Positions 30,183 to 40,679 of a DNA stretch of 64,000 nucleotides are shown piece after piece. The notes beneath the pieces are model-generated. The model was not told where the DNA came from. It saw only the letters and a program-made list of their open reading frames with translations, and searched no databases. The stretch's first letter is position 1; the number at the start of each line of letters is the position of its first letter. The DNA is taken from positions 448,055 through 512,054 of the forward strand of contig JACPKM010000001.1 in the NCBI GenBank assembly GCA_016187025.1, written 5' to 3'. The translations under genes and the position numbers were made by a program. This DNA comes from Candidatus Daviesbacteria bacterium. Lineage in GTDB: Bacteria > Patescibacteriota > Microgenomatia > Daviesbacterales > UBA10151.

Positions 30183-31030
30183 AAAGAGTAGGAGTTATAA
30201 TTCTCAACTATAAAGTTAAAGATTTAACAATAAGCTCTCTTGAGTCAGTGGCAAAATCAACATATAAAGACATTTTGATTTTTGTTGTAGATAATGCATC
30301 AGGCGATGGATTGGGTAAGGAATTGGAGTCAAGAAAAGATGTTAACTTTATCCAAAATACCGAAAATTTAGGTTATGCCGGAGGCAACAATGTAGGTATA
30401 AAAAAGGCAATAGAGGAGGGTGTGGATTATGTTTTTATACTAAACCCTGATGCTACTGTTGATAAAAGAGCAATAGAAATTTTAGTAAATAAGGCCAATG
30501 CGCTAAATGCTGATTTGTTAAACCCCAAGATTTATTTTAGTAATTCAAATAAAATCTGGTTTGCAGGAAAAAAATTTGATAAGGCAAATGTTTTAGGATT
30601 ACATATAGGCATGGATGAAGAAGATCACGGACAATATAGTAAAGATGTAGAAAGTGAAGATATTACAGGAGCAGCATTATTTGTCAAAGCTGAGGTTTTT
30701 AAAAAAATTGGGTATTTTGACGACAGATACTTTTTATATTATGAGGAAAGTGATTTTGGATTTAGAGCAAAAGAAGCAGGGTTTAAAATAATGTATATTC
30801 CAGAGGCTATTGTTTATCATCGTAATGCTCAATCAACCGGTTTGGGTTCTTCCTTGCAAGACTACTATATAACGCGAAATAGAATGTTATTTGCTTCTAA
30901 GTTTCTAAGCCTCAGAACACAATTTGCCTTGATCAGAGAAGCAATTAGAAACTTTAACAAACCAGTTAGAAGACAGGCATTTGTAGATTTTTTACTCAAA
31001 AAATTTGGCAAGGGGAGTTTTGCTATTTAA
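30179..31030 (+). CDS. GT2 glycosyltransferase (WbbL/rhamnosyltransferase-like)
   Basis: ILNY, VDNAS, NLGYAGGNN.G, LNPD, GAA, FLYYEESD, H, RNR. Confidence 0.88.
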   Translation: MKRVGVIILNYKVKDLTISSLESVAKSTYKDILIFVVDNASGDGLGKELESRKDVNFIQNTENLGYAGGNNVGIKKAIEEGVDYVFILNPDATVDKRAIEILVNKANALNADLLNPKIYFSNSNKIWFAGKKFDKANVLGLHIGMDEEDHGQYSKDVESEDITGAALFVKAEVFKKIGYFDDRYFLYYEESDFGFRAKEAGFKIMYIPEAIVYHRNAQSTGLGSSLQDYYITRNRMLFASKFLSLRTQFALIREAIRNFNKPVRRQAFVDFLLKKFGKGSFAI

Positions 31031-31033
31031 ATT

Positions 31034-31840
31034 ATGCTTTCAGTAATTATTATTGCAAAAAACGAACAAGAGCTAATTAGAGGATGTTTAGAGTCTGTTA
31101 AATGGGCGGATGAGATTGTGGTGGTTGATAATGGCTCAGATGATAAGACAGCGGAAATTGCCCAAAAATATACAAGTAAAGTTTTTAAAATTGATGGATT
31201 AGATTTTGGGCAACTCAGGAATAATGCAATCGAAAAAACTGAAGGTGATTGGGTTTTATATGTAGATGCCGATGAAAGAGTGCTTGCGCCTTTAAAAGAT
31301 GAATTAATTGAAATAACTAAATCATCATCAAAATCAGCCTATGCAGTCTCGCGCAAAAATATCATATTTGGTCAGGAGGTAAGCTATGGACCGTATAAAA
31401 AAGATTGGATGATAAGATTATTTAAGAGAAAAGACTTTGAAACATGGGTTGGAGCAGTGCACGAATACGGGAAATTTAAAGGAGAGCTAGGTTATACAAA
31501 AAATTATTTTTTACATCTTACGCATAGGAATATAGACCATTTTATAAAAAAGAGTTTAGAGTGGTCAAAAATAGATGCAAAGCTTCGTTTAGAAGCTGGA
31601 CACCCCAAGATGGTTAAATGGAGATTTGTGAGAATATTTCTTTCTGAGCTTTACACTCAGGGAGTCCTAAGGAAAGGCTTTTTTTCTGGTACGGTAGGCA
31701 TTATAGATTCTATATTACAAGTCTTTTTCTTTTATATGACTTATGTCCGTTTATGGGAGTTGCAACAACCAAAACCCTTAGATGAGGTTTATAAAGACAT
31801 TGATCAAAAGCTTGTTGAGAATGATTTTAAATACAAATGA
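31034..31840 (+). CDS. GT2 glycosyltransferase (KdtX/WaaE-like)
   Basis: AKNEQ, VDNGS.D.T, RN, DADER, RLF, VHE. Confidence 0.88.
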   Translation: MLSVIIIAKNEQELIRGCLESVKWADEIVVVDNGSDDKTAEIAQKYTSKVFKIDGLDFGQLRNNAIEKTEGDWVLYVDADERVLAPLKDELIEITKSSSKSAYAVSRKNIIFGQEVSYGPYKKDWMIRLFKRKDFETWVGAVHEYGKFKGELGYTKNYFLHLTHRNIDHFIKKSLEWSKIDAKLRLEAGHPKMVKWRFVRIFLSELYTQGVLRKGFFSGTVGIIDSILQVFFFYMTYVRLWELQQPKPLDEVYKDIDQKLVENDFKYK

Positions 31841-32913
31841 AAATTGCAATATATTCCCCTTACCTAGATACATTTGGTGGTGGAGAAAGATACGTTTTAA
31901 CAGTAGCAGAGGTTTTATCTCAAGACTCACAAGTAGATTTATTATTGGATACGCATTTAGCCGATTTAATCAACCAAGACTATATTACAAAGGCAAATGA
32001 GCGCTTTAGGTTGGATTTGGCTAAAGTTAATCTAGTAAAAGCTCCGATAGGAAAGACAAGCAATTTTTTTACCAGACTCAAATTCTTAAAGCAATATGAT
32101 GTGTTATTTTATCTGACAGATGGTAGTGTTTTTTTATCAACAGCAAAAAGAAACTTTGTTCATATCCAAAGTCCTTTTGAAGGTCAGCCTGCCAAGAATT
32201 TATGGGGTAGAATCAAGCTTTTTGGCTGGGAAAGAGTAATATATAACTCAGAATTTACCAGAAAAAACGCTTCGAAGTTTTGGCCCATTAAAGACGGGGT
32301 AATTTATCCACCTGTTGATACTACTAGTATAAAGCCATTAAAAAAGAAAAAATATGTTCTTTCTGTAGGCCGTTTTTTTGGATATTTAAAAGAAAAAAAG
32401 CATGAGGTTATGATCCAAGTGTTTTCAGATATGTATAAGTCAGGAAAAGTAGACGGATGGAGTTTAAACTTAGCAGGTTCTGCTACTCAAGCAGATTTAA
32501 CTTATGTGGAAAGTCTAAAAAAAACTGCTGCAGGTTTACCAGTGAGCTTCCATCTAAATCTAAATTATCAGGATTTGATAGAGCTTTATGGAGAAAGTAG
32601 TATATATTGGCATGCAATGGGTTACCAAGAATCTGATCCAACAAAAATGGAACACTTCGGAATATCTACAGTTGAAGCTATGGCGGCAGGATGTGTACCG
32701 GTGGTAATAAACAAAGGCGGACAAACAGAAATTGTGACTGATGGTGAAAACGGCTTCTTATGGGAATCCTTGGAAGATTTAAAAAGTAAAACACAAAAAT
32801 TAATTGTTGATGAAAAGCTGCTGAAAAGCTTATCTGAAAACTCATTAAAAAAAGCGCAGGATTTTTCTAAAGAAAACTTTGAACAAGATATTAAAAAGGT
32901 ATTCTATGGCTAA
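31837..32913 (+). CDS. GT4 glycosyltransferase
   Basis: GGGER, NSEFT, IYPPV, VGRF, K.H, EHFGISTVEAMAAGCVP. Confidence 0.9.
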   Translation: MKIAIYSPYLDTFGGGERYVLTVAEVLSQDSQVDLLLDTHLADLINQDYITKANERFRLDLAKVNLVKAPIGKTSNFFTRLKFLKQYDVLFYLTDGSVFLSTAKRNFVHIQSPFEGQPAKNLWGRIKLFGWERVIYNSEFTRKNASKFWPIKDGVIYPPVDTTSIKPLKKKKYVLSVGRFFGYLKEKKHEVMIQVFSDMYKSGKVDGWSLNLAGSATQADLTYVESLKKTAAGLPVSFHLNLNYQDLIELYGESSIYWHAMGYQESDPTKMEHFGISTVEAMAAGCVPVVINKGGQTEIVTDGENGFLWESLEDLKSKTQKLIVDEKLLKSLSENSLKKAQDFSKENFEQDIKKVFYG

Positions 32914-33700
32914 TATTGTTTCCATATTAACTGTTACATATAATAGTGAAGATTGTATTGATCAATACCTTATTTCAGTATCTAATGCCTTACCAAAAAA
33001 TGGGGAGCTAATTATTGTTGATTCCTGCTCAACTGATAAAACCAAAGAAAAACTACTGTTGTTTAAAGATAAGTTTTTAAAAAGTATACAAATAAAACTA
33101 ATCTTCAAAAACGAAAATATTGGTTATGGGAAGGGGAATAATATCGCTGCAAGCTGTGCCAGTGGTAAATACTTATTTATTTTAAATCCGGATACAACCA
33201 TTAGAAAAGATGCGATAGAAAAATTAATTGAGTATTCACAAAACAATCAAAATGTAGGACTGGTAGCACCCAGGATTGTTCAAAACGACGGAATCCTTCA
33301 GCCTTCAGTAAGAAATCTCCCTACCATATGGAATGCGATTAAGGAGTATTACATAGGCATTAAAGATTCCTATGCTCCTTATGCACCTTTAGGGAGCGAA
33401 CCTGTAAAGGTGGAATGCGTAGTAGGTGCAGCAATGCTGATTAAAGCAATGCTTTTTAGACAGCTTAATGGTTTTAATGAAAAATTCTTTATGTACTATG
33501 AGGATTTGGATTTGTGCAGAAGGATTAGAAAGAAGGGCATGAAAATAGTCTATTTACCTGAATCTGAAATTACTCATAAAGTGGGAGGAAGCATTTCTGC
33601 TTTGAAGGAGAAATGGATAAAAGAGAGCGCTAAGATTTATCATGGATCATATATGTGGTTTTTTCTCAGTATGGTTTTGCGGTTAAGACCATTAAAATAA
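32906..33700 (+). CDS. GT2 glycosyltransferase (WbbL/rhamnosyltransferase-like)
   Basis: VTYNS, VDS.S.D.T, NIGYGKGNN, LNPD, GAAM, FFMYYEDLD, H..GGS. Confidence 0.88.
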   Translation: MANIVSILTVTYNSEDCIDQYLISVSNALPKNGELIIVDSCSTDKTKEKLLLFKDKFLKSIQIKLIFKNENIGYGKGNNIAASCASGKYLFILNPDTTIRKDAIEKLIEYSQNNQNVGLVAPRIVQNDGILQPSVRNLPTIWNAIKEYYIGIKDSYAPYAPLGSEPVKVECVVGAAMLIKAMLFRQLNGFNEKFFMYYEDLDLCRRIRKKGMKIVYLPESEITHKVGGSISALKEKWIKESAKIYHGSYMWFFLSMVLRLRPLK

Positions 33701-33704
33701 TTAT

Positions 33705-34934
33705 ATGAACAAAATTGCTTTAATCTTAATTGTGGGGATTTTACTAAGAATCCTTATTGCTGCATCAACGTATCATCCAGATTTGCAAACCTTTAATCTC
33801 GCAGGACAAATAGTAGCATCAGGTCACGTACTGGATATTTATGATTACCTTCAAAACTTGCCAGATAGTCATGAGTGGAAAAACTTAGCATTATTTAACT
33901 ACCCTCCAGCAATATATATTTTCCATGGAAGCTTCAATTTTATCTTTTCGAGTATTTTTTATCTTTGGCAGGTAAATTATTTCTTAATGGATGTCATAAC
34001 AAATTATGGAAACATTAATTTTAACCTACATTTGCTTTTGCTCAAGATTCCGTACTTAATATTTGATTTGCTAGCAGCATTTTTTATAATAAAATTGTTT
34101 GATAACAAAAAAGATAAACTGATAGCTTTTGGGTTGTGGATGTTTAATCCTATAAACCTCTATGCAACTTACATGATGGGACAGTTTGATATCATACCAA
34201 CTTCTTTAATGGTTCTTGCATTAGTTTTTGCATCCAAGAATAAGCTACCTACTGCAGCTTTCTTTCTAGGGTTTGGTATAGCTTTTAAGGTTTTTCCAAT
34301 ATTTTTGCTACCAATTTTTATATTGATGACAAACAGATGGCTAGATAGAGCAAAGATTGGTTTGATTGCATTTATTCCTTATTTAATTTCTGTAGTTCCT
34401 TTTATATCTTCTTCCGGCTTTAGGACAAATGCTTTATTTGCTGACCAAGGGTCAAAAAGTTTGTATTCTACCTTGGCTGTTTCAGGAGGGGAGCGGATTT
34501 TTCTGTTTCCTTTATTTTTACTGGCATTTTATTTGATTTTGCTGAAAAAAGGAGTCAACAAAGAAGTGTTAAACTCTAAGTCGTTAATTGCATTTTTGTT
34601 ATTTTTTATCTTTACCCACTTTCATCCGCAATGGTTATTGTGGATAACCCCATTTTTAATTATTTGTTTAGTTAGAGAAAAGACTAAGAATTTAATACAG
34701 ATTTTAATTCTATTAATATCATATCTTATTTCACTTTTTTTCTTTGAATCATCGTTAACAGTTAATTTGTTTGCTCCTCTACTTCCGTTTCTAAAGAATT
34801 TACCAGGAATCTGGGAGATTTTAAACATCAACATTGACATAAACTATTCAAGAAGTATTACACAAACTATTTTTGCTGCAGCTTCTTTGTACTTAATTTA
34901 TATACATTTCCCATCAAAAGATGCTAAAGATTAA
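33705..34934 (+). CDS. GT87/PIG-M-like GT-C membrane glycosyltransferase
   Basis: YHPDL, NYPP..Y, LKIPYL.FD, WMFNP, GQFDIIP, FKVFP, HFHPQWLLW. Confidence 0.72.
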   Translation: MNKIALILIVGILLRILIAASTYHPDLQTFNLAGQIVASGHVLDIYDYLQNLPDSHEWKNLALFNYPPAIYIFHGSFNFIFSSIFYLWQVNYFLMDVITNYGNINFNLHLLLLKIPYLIFDLLAAFFIIKLFDNKKDKLIAFGLWMFNPINLYATYMMGQFDIIPTSLMVLALVFASKNKLPTAAFFLGFGIAFKVFPIFLLPIFILMTNRWLDRAKIGLIAFIPYLISVVPFISSSGFRTNALFADQGSKSLYSTLAVSGGERIFLFPLFLLAFYLILLKKGVNKEVLNSKSLIAFLLFFIFTHFHPQWLLWITPFLIICLVREKTKNLIQILILLISYLISLFFFESSLTVNLFAPLLPFLKNLPGIWEILNINIDINYSRSITQTIFAAASLYLIYIHFPSKDAKD

Positions 34935-36405
34935 CTTTAAAGTAGCCTTCCTGTTTCTATTTTCTACAATTATTTTGTGGAGTTTGTTGACATATAAGCT
35001 AACAGACGTCCCACCTGCAATCAACGGAGATGAGGTGCATATAGGTTACAATGCTACTCTCATTGCCGACACAGCCTATGATCAAAATGGAAAATTTATG
35101 CCCATATTTGTAAGTGATGAGGGTAAAACTGATTGGAAGCAACCAATTACCCTTTACTCAACAGTTACAGCTTTTAAGATATTTGGACCTTCATTTTTTA
35201 TTTTAAGAGCAGTCAGTGTCCTCTTTACTTTAGTTAGCTGTCTATTATTATTTTTGCTTGTAAAGAATATGTTGAATATAAAAACTGCAATAGTTGCAGT
35301 AGTTATATTTGTTACCTCACCGATAGTAATGATTCAATCTCATCTAGCCCTAGAAAATATTGCACCAGTGCCATTTATCATTTTTTCATTGTTAATGTTT
35401 GTAAAGTACCTGAAGAGTCTAAATACTAAACTTCTAATTTTTGCTGGGATGAGTCTTGGTATAAGTTTTTACTCTTACTTGGGTATGAGATTGATTGCAC
35501 CTATGCTGGGAATGCTTTTGCTGGCATTTATAGTTTATTTACACAAAAAAGAGGGGAGAGGGAAAATAATTAAACCCTTACTTTTTTTTATTCTGGGCAC
35601 ATTACCTTTTGTTATCTTAATTCCAATTTTGAAACAGATGTATCCTGGAGCAATTTTGGCTGAAAACCGCCCTCAATCGATTTCTTCTTACCAGCAATTT
35701 TTACTGCCTTTTTTGTCTATTTATGATCTGAGCTTTCTATACTTAAAAGGTGATGCAACCCTATATCATTCAACAGGAAAGCATGGAATATTACTCCTTG
35801 CTTCACTACCCTTGTTTTTAATCGGTGCTTATAAAAGTATTTTAGATAGAAGTAAGCTTTTAATATTTTTGCTTATCTCTTTTTTTATTTTACCCGTTCT
35901 TTATGGCTTAACAGATTCGATATATAGAGGTAGCCGCATATTAGCAATTATTCCGCTTTATTCAATTATTTCAGCGTATGGATTTATAGCTTTTAGTAAA
36001 TATCAAGCGAAGCTACGAAAGTATGTTTTAGTAATTTTTATAGTTTTTTTCTTTGTGAATTATTTTGACTTTTTAAGTTACTACTGGGGAGATTATGCAA
36101 ATAGATCAAGATTAGTTTTTGATGGTGGCGCATATCCTGCATATAAAAATCTATACTTTCTCTCTAAGAAAATGAACATTAAGCCTTTTGTTGAGATTGG
36201 TGTTTATGGCGAAGAGACCCTAGCTTCTAGCTTTTTTGACAGGGTCTATTTTAATAATAGATTAAATAAAATAGAAAGATATACAAAACTACCTGAGCCG
36301 GGTATTGTATTAGTTCACGATAGTGATATGCAAAAGTACATAGATTTAGGCTTTAAAGAAATGCCTTCTGATTTTCCTTATTATAAACTTATGTGGCAAA
36401 ATTAA
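34921..36405 (+). CDS. ArnT/PMT_2-like GT-C glycosyltransferase
   Basis: VPPAINGDEVHIGYNA, D..G...P, DWKQP, GD...H, R; multi-TM. Confidence 0.8.
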   Translation: MLKINFKVAFLFLFSTIILWSLLTYKLTDVPPAINGDEVHIGYNATLIADTAYDQNGKFMPIFVSDEGKTDWKQPITLYSTVTAFKIFGPSFFILRAVSVLFTLVSCLLLFLLVKNMLNIKTAIVAVVIFVTSPIVMIQSHLALENIAPVPFIIFSLLMFVKYLKSLNTKLLIFAGMSLGISFYSYLGMRLIAPMLGMLLLAFIVYLHKKEGRGKIIKPLLFFILGTLPFVILIPILKQMYPGAILAENRPQSISSYQQFLLPFLSIYDLSFLYLKGDATLYHSTGKHGILLLASLPLFLIGAYKSILDRSKLLIFLLISFFILPVLYGLTDSIYRGSRILAIIPLYSIISAYGFIAFSKYQAKLRKYVLVIFIVFFFVNYFDFLSYYWGDYANRSRLVFDGGAYPAYKNLYFLSKKMNIKPFVEIGVYGEETLASSFFDRVYFNNRLNKIERYTKLPEPGIVLVHDSDMQKYIDLGFKEMPSDFPYYKLMWQN

Positions 36406-36409
36406 TAAA

Positions 36410-37333
36410 ATGCAAAGTTTGATACTTTATTTAGCTTTAGCTCTAGCAGTTTATAAAGGAGCAAAAATATTTAATAACGAAAGGAATTTTCAATTCTTTT
36501 CTGTTATTTCTATACTGCTTTCTCCTGTTTTAATCTATTTTGTTAAGTTATCTCAAATACCCAGTACTTTGATCTTATCCATAGCGGTAATTGCAACCAT
36601 TATATTAATGAATGCAAAGGTGCATTATTCAGCAGTTTTTGCATTAATAGTAATTTCTTACTTATATTATCCACTGAGTCCACTAATATTTATTCCACTG
36701 ATATTAATAAGTCTTGTGTTTTTTCAAGGAAAAGACTCCTTGAAAAGTAAGTTTGTTTTTTTGGGAATTGTTTTGCTTGTATCAATAGCCTCGTTAATTG
36801 TTTACTACCAAAGGGATAGTAATGGATTTAAAAATCTATTCTCCATTTATAATCATATAGGAATTATTAATGGGGTTAATGCCTCAAGAGGGATGGGGAT
36901 TGAAAATGGTTGGCCACTATTTTTGGAAAAAATATTTTTCAATCAGTCATGGTATATTGTCTCAGGGTTTTTTACATGGCTTTCTAATATTTCTATATAT
37001 AAATTCTTTGGACTTGATTATACTTATTCGAAAGATTTTTTAGAAAATCTTACCCTTTTTCCCAGAGTATTCATAATTCCATTCTTACTGGGGCTAGTAT
37101 CTATTATTAGAAGTAACATAAAAAAAAGCTGGTTATTACCAATCTTTTCTTTTATACCTCTATTACCATTTATGTTCGTTTATCCCTCAATACCAAAATT
37201 AAGTTACCTCCCCTCCCTTCCCTTTATTGCTTTTATTGTGTCGTTTGGTTTTATTTCTTTAAATAAATATCTTAGAATTTTAATATTGTTTTTTGCCTTT
37301 TTGGAGGCGTTGATAACATTAATTTATGTATAA
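36410..37333 (+). CDS. Shortened GT-C-like membrane protein lacking the N-terminal DE loop
   Basis: Very hydrophobic; retains central loop VNASRG...KIFFNQ similar to INEQRG...RLVHNK of neighbours; no DE motif and no C-terminal soluble domain. Confidence 0.55.
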   Translation: MQSLILYLALALAVYKGAKIFNNERNFQFFSVISILLSPVLIYFVKLSQIPSTLILSIAVIATIILMNAKVHYSAVFALIVISYLYYPLSPLIFIPLILISLVFFQGKDSLKSKFVFLGIVLLVSIASLIVYYQRDSNGFKNLFSIYNHIGIINGVNASRGMGIENGWPLFLEKIFFNQSWYIVSGFFTWLSNISIYKFFGLDYTYSKDFLENLTLFPRVFIIPFLLGLVSIIRSNIKKSWLLPIFSFIPLLPFMFVYPSIPKLSYLPSLPFIAFIVSFGFISLNKYLRILILFFAFLEALITLIYV

Positions 37334-38978
37334 GTTAACCTTTAGTAAAACTACTGCCGCCTTTCTGGTTATCTTATTTTTAAGTTTCTTTTTGCGCTTT
37401 TATGGATTAACTCACAATCCTGTACAGCTAAACCACGATGAAATAAGCCAGCTATATGATACGGGTTCAATTATTGCTACAAGTAAAGATATTTACGGAA
37501 ATAAATTACCCTTAGCATTTCCTTCAACAGGAGATTATAAACCTGGTCACTACATTTATATTACAACCATCCCTTATTTAATCTTTGGTAATAAAGAATT
37601 TGTTATAAGGTTTGCTGCAGCTTTTTTTGGATCATTGCTACCTTTGGTGATTTTTATCCTACTTTATTCCACCACCAAAAAATTACTTTTATCCTTTTTA
37701 GCTGCCCTTTTTGTCACAATAAACCCCGCGGATATTTTTTATGCCCGGAAAAGCTTTGAAAATGTTATAGGAGTATTTCTACTATTTTCCGGCCTTACAT
37801 TACTTATAAATTTTATCGGAAAGAAGTTAAAGCTTTTTGTTGGTATTGGTGGCCTGCTGCTTATTTCATCTTCTATGTATGTATATACTTCTGAAACAAT
37901 TATTGCTCCAGTAATTTTGTTTTTATCAATATTGATTTACAAAAAGGAAATTTTTCAGGCCAAGAAAAGATGGTTGGTACTGCTGCTTTTATTTGTTTTA
38001 ACCCTTATTCCCCTGCTTTATTTAAACCAGATTGACAGCAACTTAAAATTTAGAGCTTCTTCAGTATTTATCACCCAAGATAGGCTTTTAGGAGAGAGGC
38101 TATCTGGTGTTCAAACTGGTAATTTTTTTCTCAGCGAAATTTCTAAAAAAATTATAACCTTTGAATTTATTGTTGATAGATACCTACAGCAGTTTAATCC
38201 ACTATTTATTTTTGGTAATGGATTAAATCTAACAAATCAGGGATTTATAGGAGTAGGTCCATTACTTGCTGTTGAGTTACCTTTTTTTATAGCAGGTTTA
38301 ATCTTTGTATTACGTAATGCAAAAAGTTACAGAGTTTATCTCCTAATATGTTTGTCTTTTATGATAGGATTTATTCCTACAGCTTTAACATTTGAAGAAA
38401 AAAGTCCTCATAGAGTAATTTTTTCATTTACTTCAGCGGCAATAATATCTTCCCTTGGAGTTTACTGGTTTATAGAATGTGTAAAAAGATTCAACAAGAT
38501 CACAAAAAGGGCTATTTATGCCACAATAATAGCCTTTTTTGTTGCAAACTTTGTCTATTTTATACAAATATATACAGTCAACTGGCCTTATGAAAAATCA
38601 CAACATCTTCATTATCCGTTCAAGCAAATAGCTTTATTTGCCTGGTATAATTATTCACAATTTGATCAGATCATCATTGATCCTGTTTACGGAGATGTAG
38701 CTCCTGTGCAAGCCGTAGCAGTACACTACTACCTTGCCTATTATGGAAATTATTCTCCCGATAGATTCCAAAAAGATTTAAAGCTGAATGAGTGGGGAAT
38801 GAGTGTAGATAAGTTTGCTATAAGAACAGTTTATTGGCCAAAAGATCAAAAATTGCAAAATACATTAATAATAGCAAGCCCCTGGAGTCTTCCTATAAAA
38901 GATTTACCAAAAGAAAAGATTTTAAAGACATTTAACTTTTACAATGGTAAGCCAGCTTATTATGCAATAAAGCTCTAG
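37326..38978 (+). CDS. ArnT/PMT_2-like GT-C glycosyltransferase
   Basis: LRFY.L...P.QLNHDE, KDIYG..LP..F...GDYKP, R..FEN, SPHR. Confidence 0.82.
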   Translation: MYKLTFSKTTAAFLVILFLSFFLRFYGLTHNPVQLNHDEISQLYDTGSIIATSKDIYGNKLPLAFPSTGDYKPGHYIYITTIPYLIFGNKEFVIRFAAAFFGSLLPLVIFILLYSTTKKLLLSFLAALFVTINPADIFYARKSFENVIGVFLLFSGLTLLINFIGKKLKLFVGIGGLLLISSSMYVYTSETIIAPVILFLSILIYKKEIFQAKKRWLVLLLLFVLTLIPLLYLNQIDSNLKFRASSVFITQDRLLGERLSGVQTGNFFLSEISKKIITFEFIVDRYLQQFNPLFIFGNGLNLTNQGFIGVGPLLAVELPFFIAGLIFVLRNAKSYRVYLLICLSFMIGFIPTALTFEEKSPHRVIFSFTSAAIISSLGVYWFIECVKRFNKITKRAIYATIIAFFVANFVYFIQIYTVNWPYEKSQHLHYPFKQIALFAWYNYSQFDQIIIDPVYGDVAPVQAVAVHYYLAYYGNYSPDRFQKDLKLNEWGMSVDKFAIRTVYWPKDQKLQNTLIIASPWSLPIKDLPKEKILKTFNFYNGKPAYYAIKL

Positions 38979-38989
38979 TATTATTTTGT

Positions 38990-39018
38990 TTTACTTCACT
39001 CAAGCTAACTGATAACAT
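38990..39018 (+). promoter_or_regulatory. Putative sigma70 promoter (extended -10, leaderless-type)
   Basis: TTTACT-17nt-TAACAT with TG at extended position; ATG 39027 follows 8 nt later. Confidence 0.45.
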
Positions 39019-39026
39019 TAATTTAC

Positions 39027-40679
39027 ATGAATAAGTTAATTATTACCTTACTCTGTCTCATAGTCTTATTTTCCTTCGGACTTAGATTTTATAAAGTTTC
39101 AGAGGTTCCTCCTTCTTTAAACTGGGATGAAGCATCAATTGGCTACAATGCCTATTCTATTTTAAAAACGGGTAAAGATGAGTGGGGTAAACTATTACCC
39201 CTACACTTTAGATCTTATGGAGAGTATAAGCTCCCAGTACAAGTTTATGCTTCTATACCAGGCATAGCAATTTTTGGATTAAATGAATTTGGGGTAAGAA
39301 TCACTCCTGTAGTGTATGGAGCACTCACTGTTTTGATATTATTTTTCCTAGTACGTGAGCTATTTAAAAGCTACTGGATAGGACTTTTCTCTTCACTGTT
39401 ACTAGCAATATCTCCCTGGCATATTCAGCTGACAAGAGGCTCTTTTGAGTCTGCTTTTGCATGCTTTTGGGTAGTTTTGGGAATATGGTTTCTTGTTAAA
39501 GGGTTTAAAGACCCAAAATGGTGGATTGTTGCAATGATTCCACTTGCTTTATCTGTCTACACCTACAACACAGCGAGGGTGTTTACACCAGTATTTTTAC
39601 TTTTGGTTGCAGTCATCTACCATAAAGATATCCAAAAACAAATAAGGCATTTTCTGATATCACTTACTATATTTACTATCTTGATGATTCCACTACTTTT
39701 TTTTCTGTTAAGCGGAGAAGGGAATTCACGGTATAAGCTTGTGAGTGTGACAGATGATCCTGGGTTAGTACTCAGAATTAATGAACAAAGGGGGTTATCT
39801 AACTTACCTGGACCGCTTCCAAGACTTGTACACAACAAAGTATCTTATGTTGCAAAGGCTGTAATAGGTAATTATTTAGCACATTTTACCCCGGACTTTT
39901 TGTTTATATCAGGAGCTCCGCACAAACAGCACCATGTACAAAAAATAGGACAGCTATATTTGTATCAAGCTCCATTCTTACTTTTGGGGCTTTTATATCT
40001 GTTTAAGGCAAGACATAAGTTTAGATGGTTGTTGGTAACCTGGCCATTGTTAACATTTTTCCCAGTGGCCTTTACAAATGATAGCATCCCTAATGCCCTA
40101 AGAAGCTTAATCGCTGCTCCTTTTTATCAAATTATTACTGGAGTAGGGTTATATAATGCCTTTGTTTGGATTAGAAAAAGGTCATGTCCAGCTTTTTACA
40201 TCAGCGCTTTTGTTATGGCCACAGTAGCAATTACTACTTTTATACTTTATTTTCGAAACTACCTTTTTATCTATCCTCTAGAGTATTCCCGAGACTGGCA
40301 ATACGGTAACAAGCAGGCAGTTGAAACAATAAAGCAAAACTATGATAAGTATGATTTGATTGTATTCTCCAGACATTATGGAGAGCCACATATGTTTACG
40401 CTATTTTTTACTACATATGATCCGGCAAGATTCTTTAACGATCCTAGATTAACTAGGTTTGAGACTTATGACTGGGTAAGAGTCGTTAAATTTGACAAAT
40501 TTTACTTTCCTGATTTAGGAGATAAAGGTACTAAGTTTGACGATATCGTATCAAAAAACCCAGGCAAAAGAATACTCTTTATTGGCATACCCGGGGATTT
40601 TCCTAGCAGTATAACACCTATTAAAAAAGTAGATTTTTTGAATGGTAATCATGCATTTGAGATTATAGAGGTAATGTGA
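39027..40679 (+). CDS. ArnT/PMT_2-like GT-C glycosyltransferase
   Basis: PPSLNWDEASIGYNAYSILKTGKDEWG...FRSYGEYKLP, TRGSFE, PNALR, WQYG. Confidence 0.85.
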   Translation: MNKLIITLLCLIVLFSFGLRFYKVSEVPPSLNWDEASIGYNAYSILKTGKDEWGKLLPLHFRSYGEYKLPVQVYASIPGIAIFGLNEFGVRITPVVYGALTVLILFFLVRELFKSYWIGLFSSLLLAISPWHIQLTRGSFESAFACFWVVLGIWFLVKGFKDPKWWIVAMIPLALSVYTYNTARVFTPVFLLLVAVIYHKDIQKQIRHFLISLTIFTILMIPLLFFLLSGEGNSRYKLVSVTDDPGLVLRINEQRGLSNLPGPLPRLVHNKVSYVAKAVIGNYLAHFTPDFLFISGAPHKQHHVQKIGQLYLYQAPFLLLGLLYLFKARHKFRWLLVTWPLLTFFPVAFTNDSIPNALRSLIAAPFYQIITGVGLYNAFVWIRKRSCPAFYISAFVMATVAITTFILYFRNYLFIYPLEYSRDWQYGNKQAVETIKQNYDKYDLIVFSRHYGEPHMFTLFFTTYDPARFFNDPRLTRFETYDWVRVVKFDKFYFPDLGDKGTKFDDIVSKNPGKRILFIGIPGDFPSSITPIKKVDFLNGNHAFEIIEVM

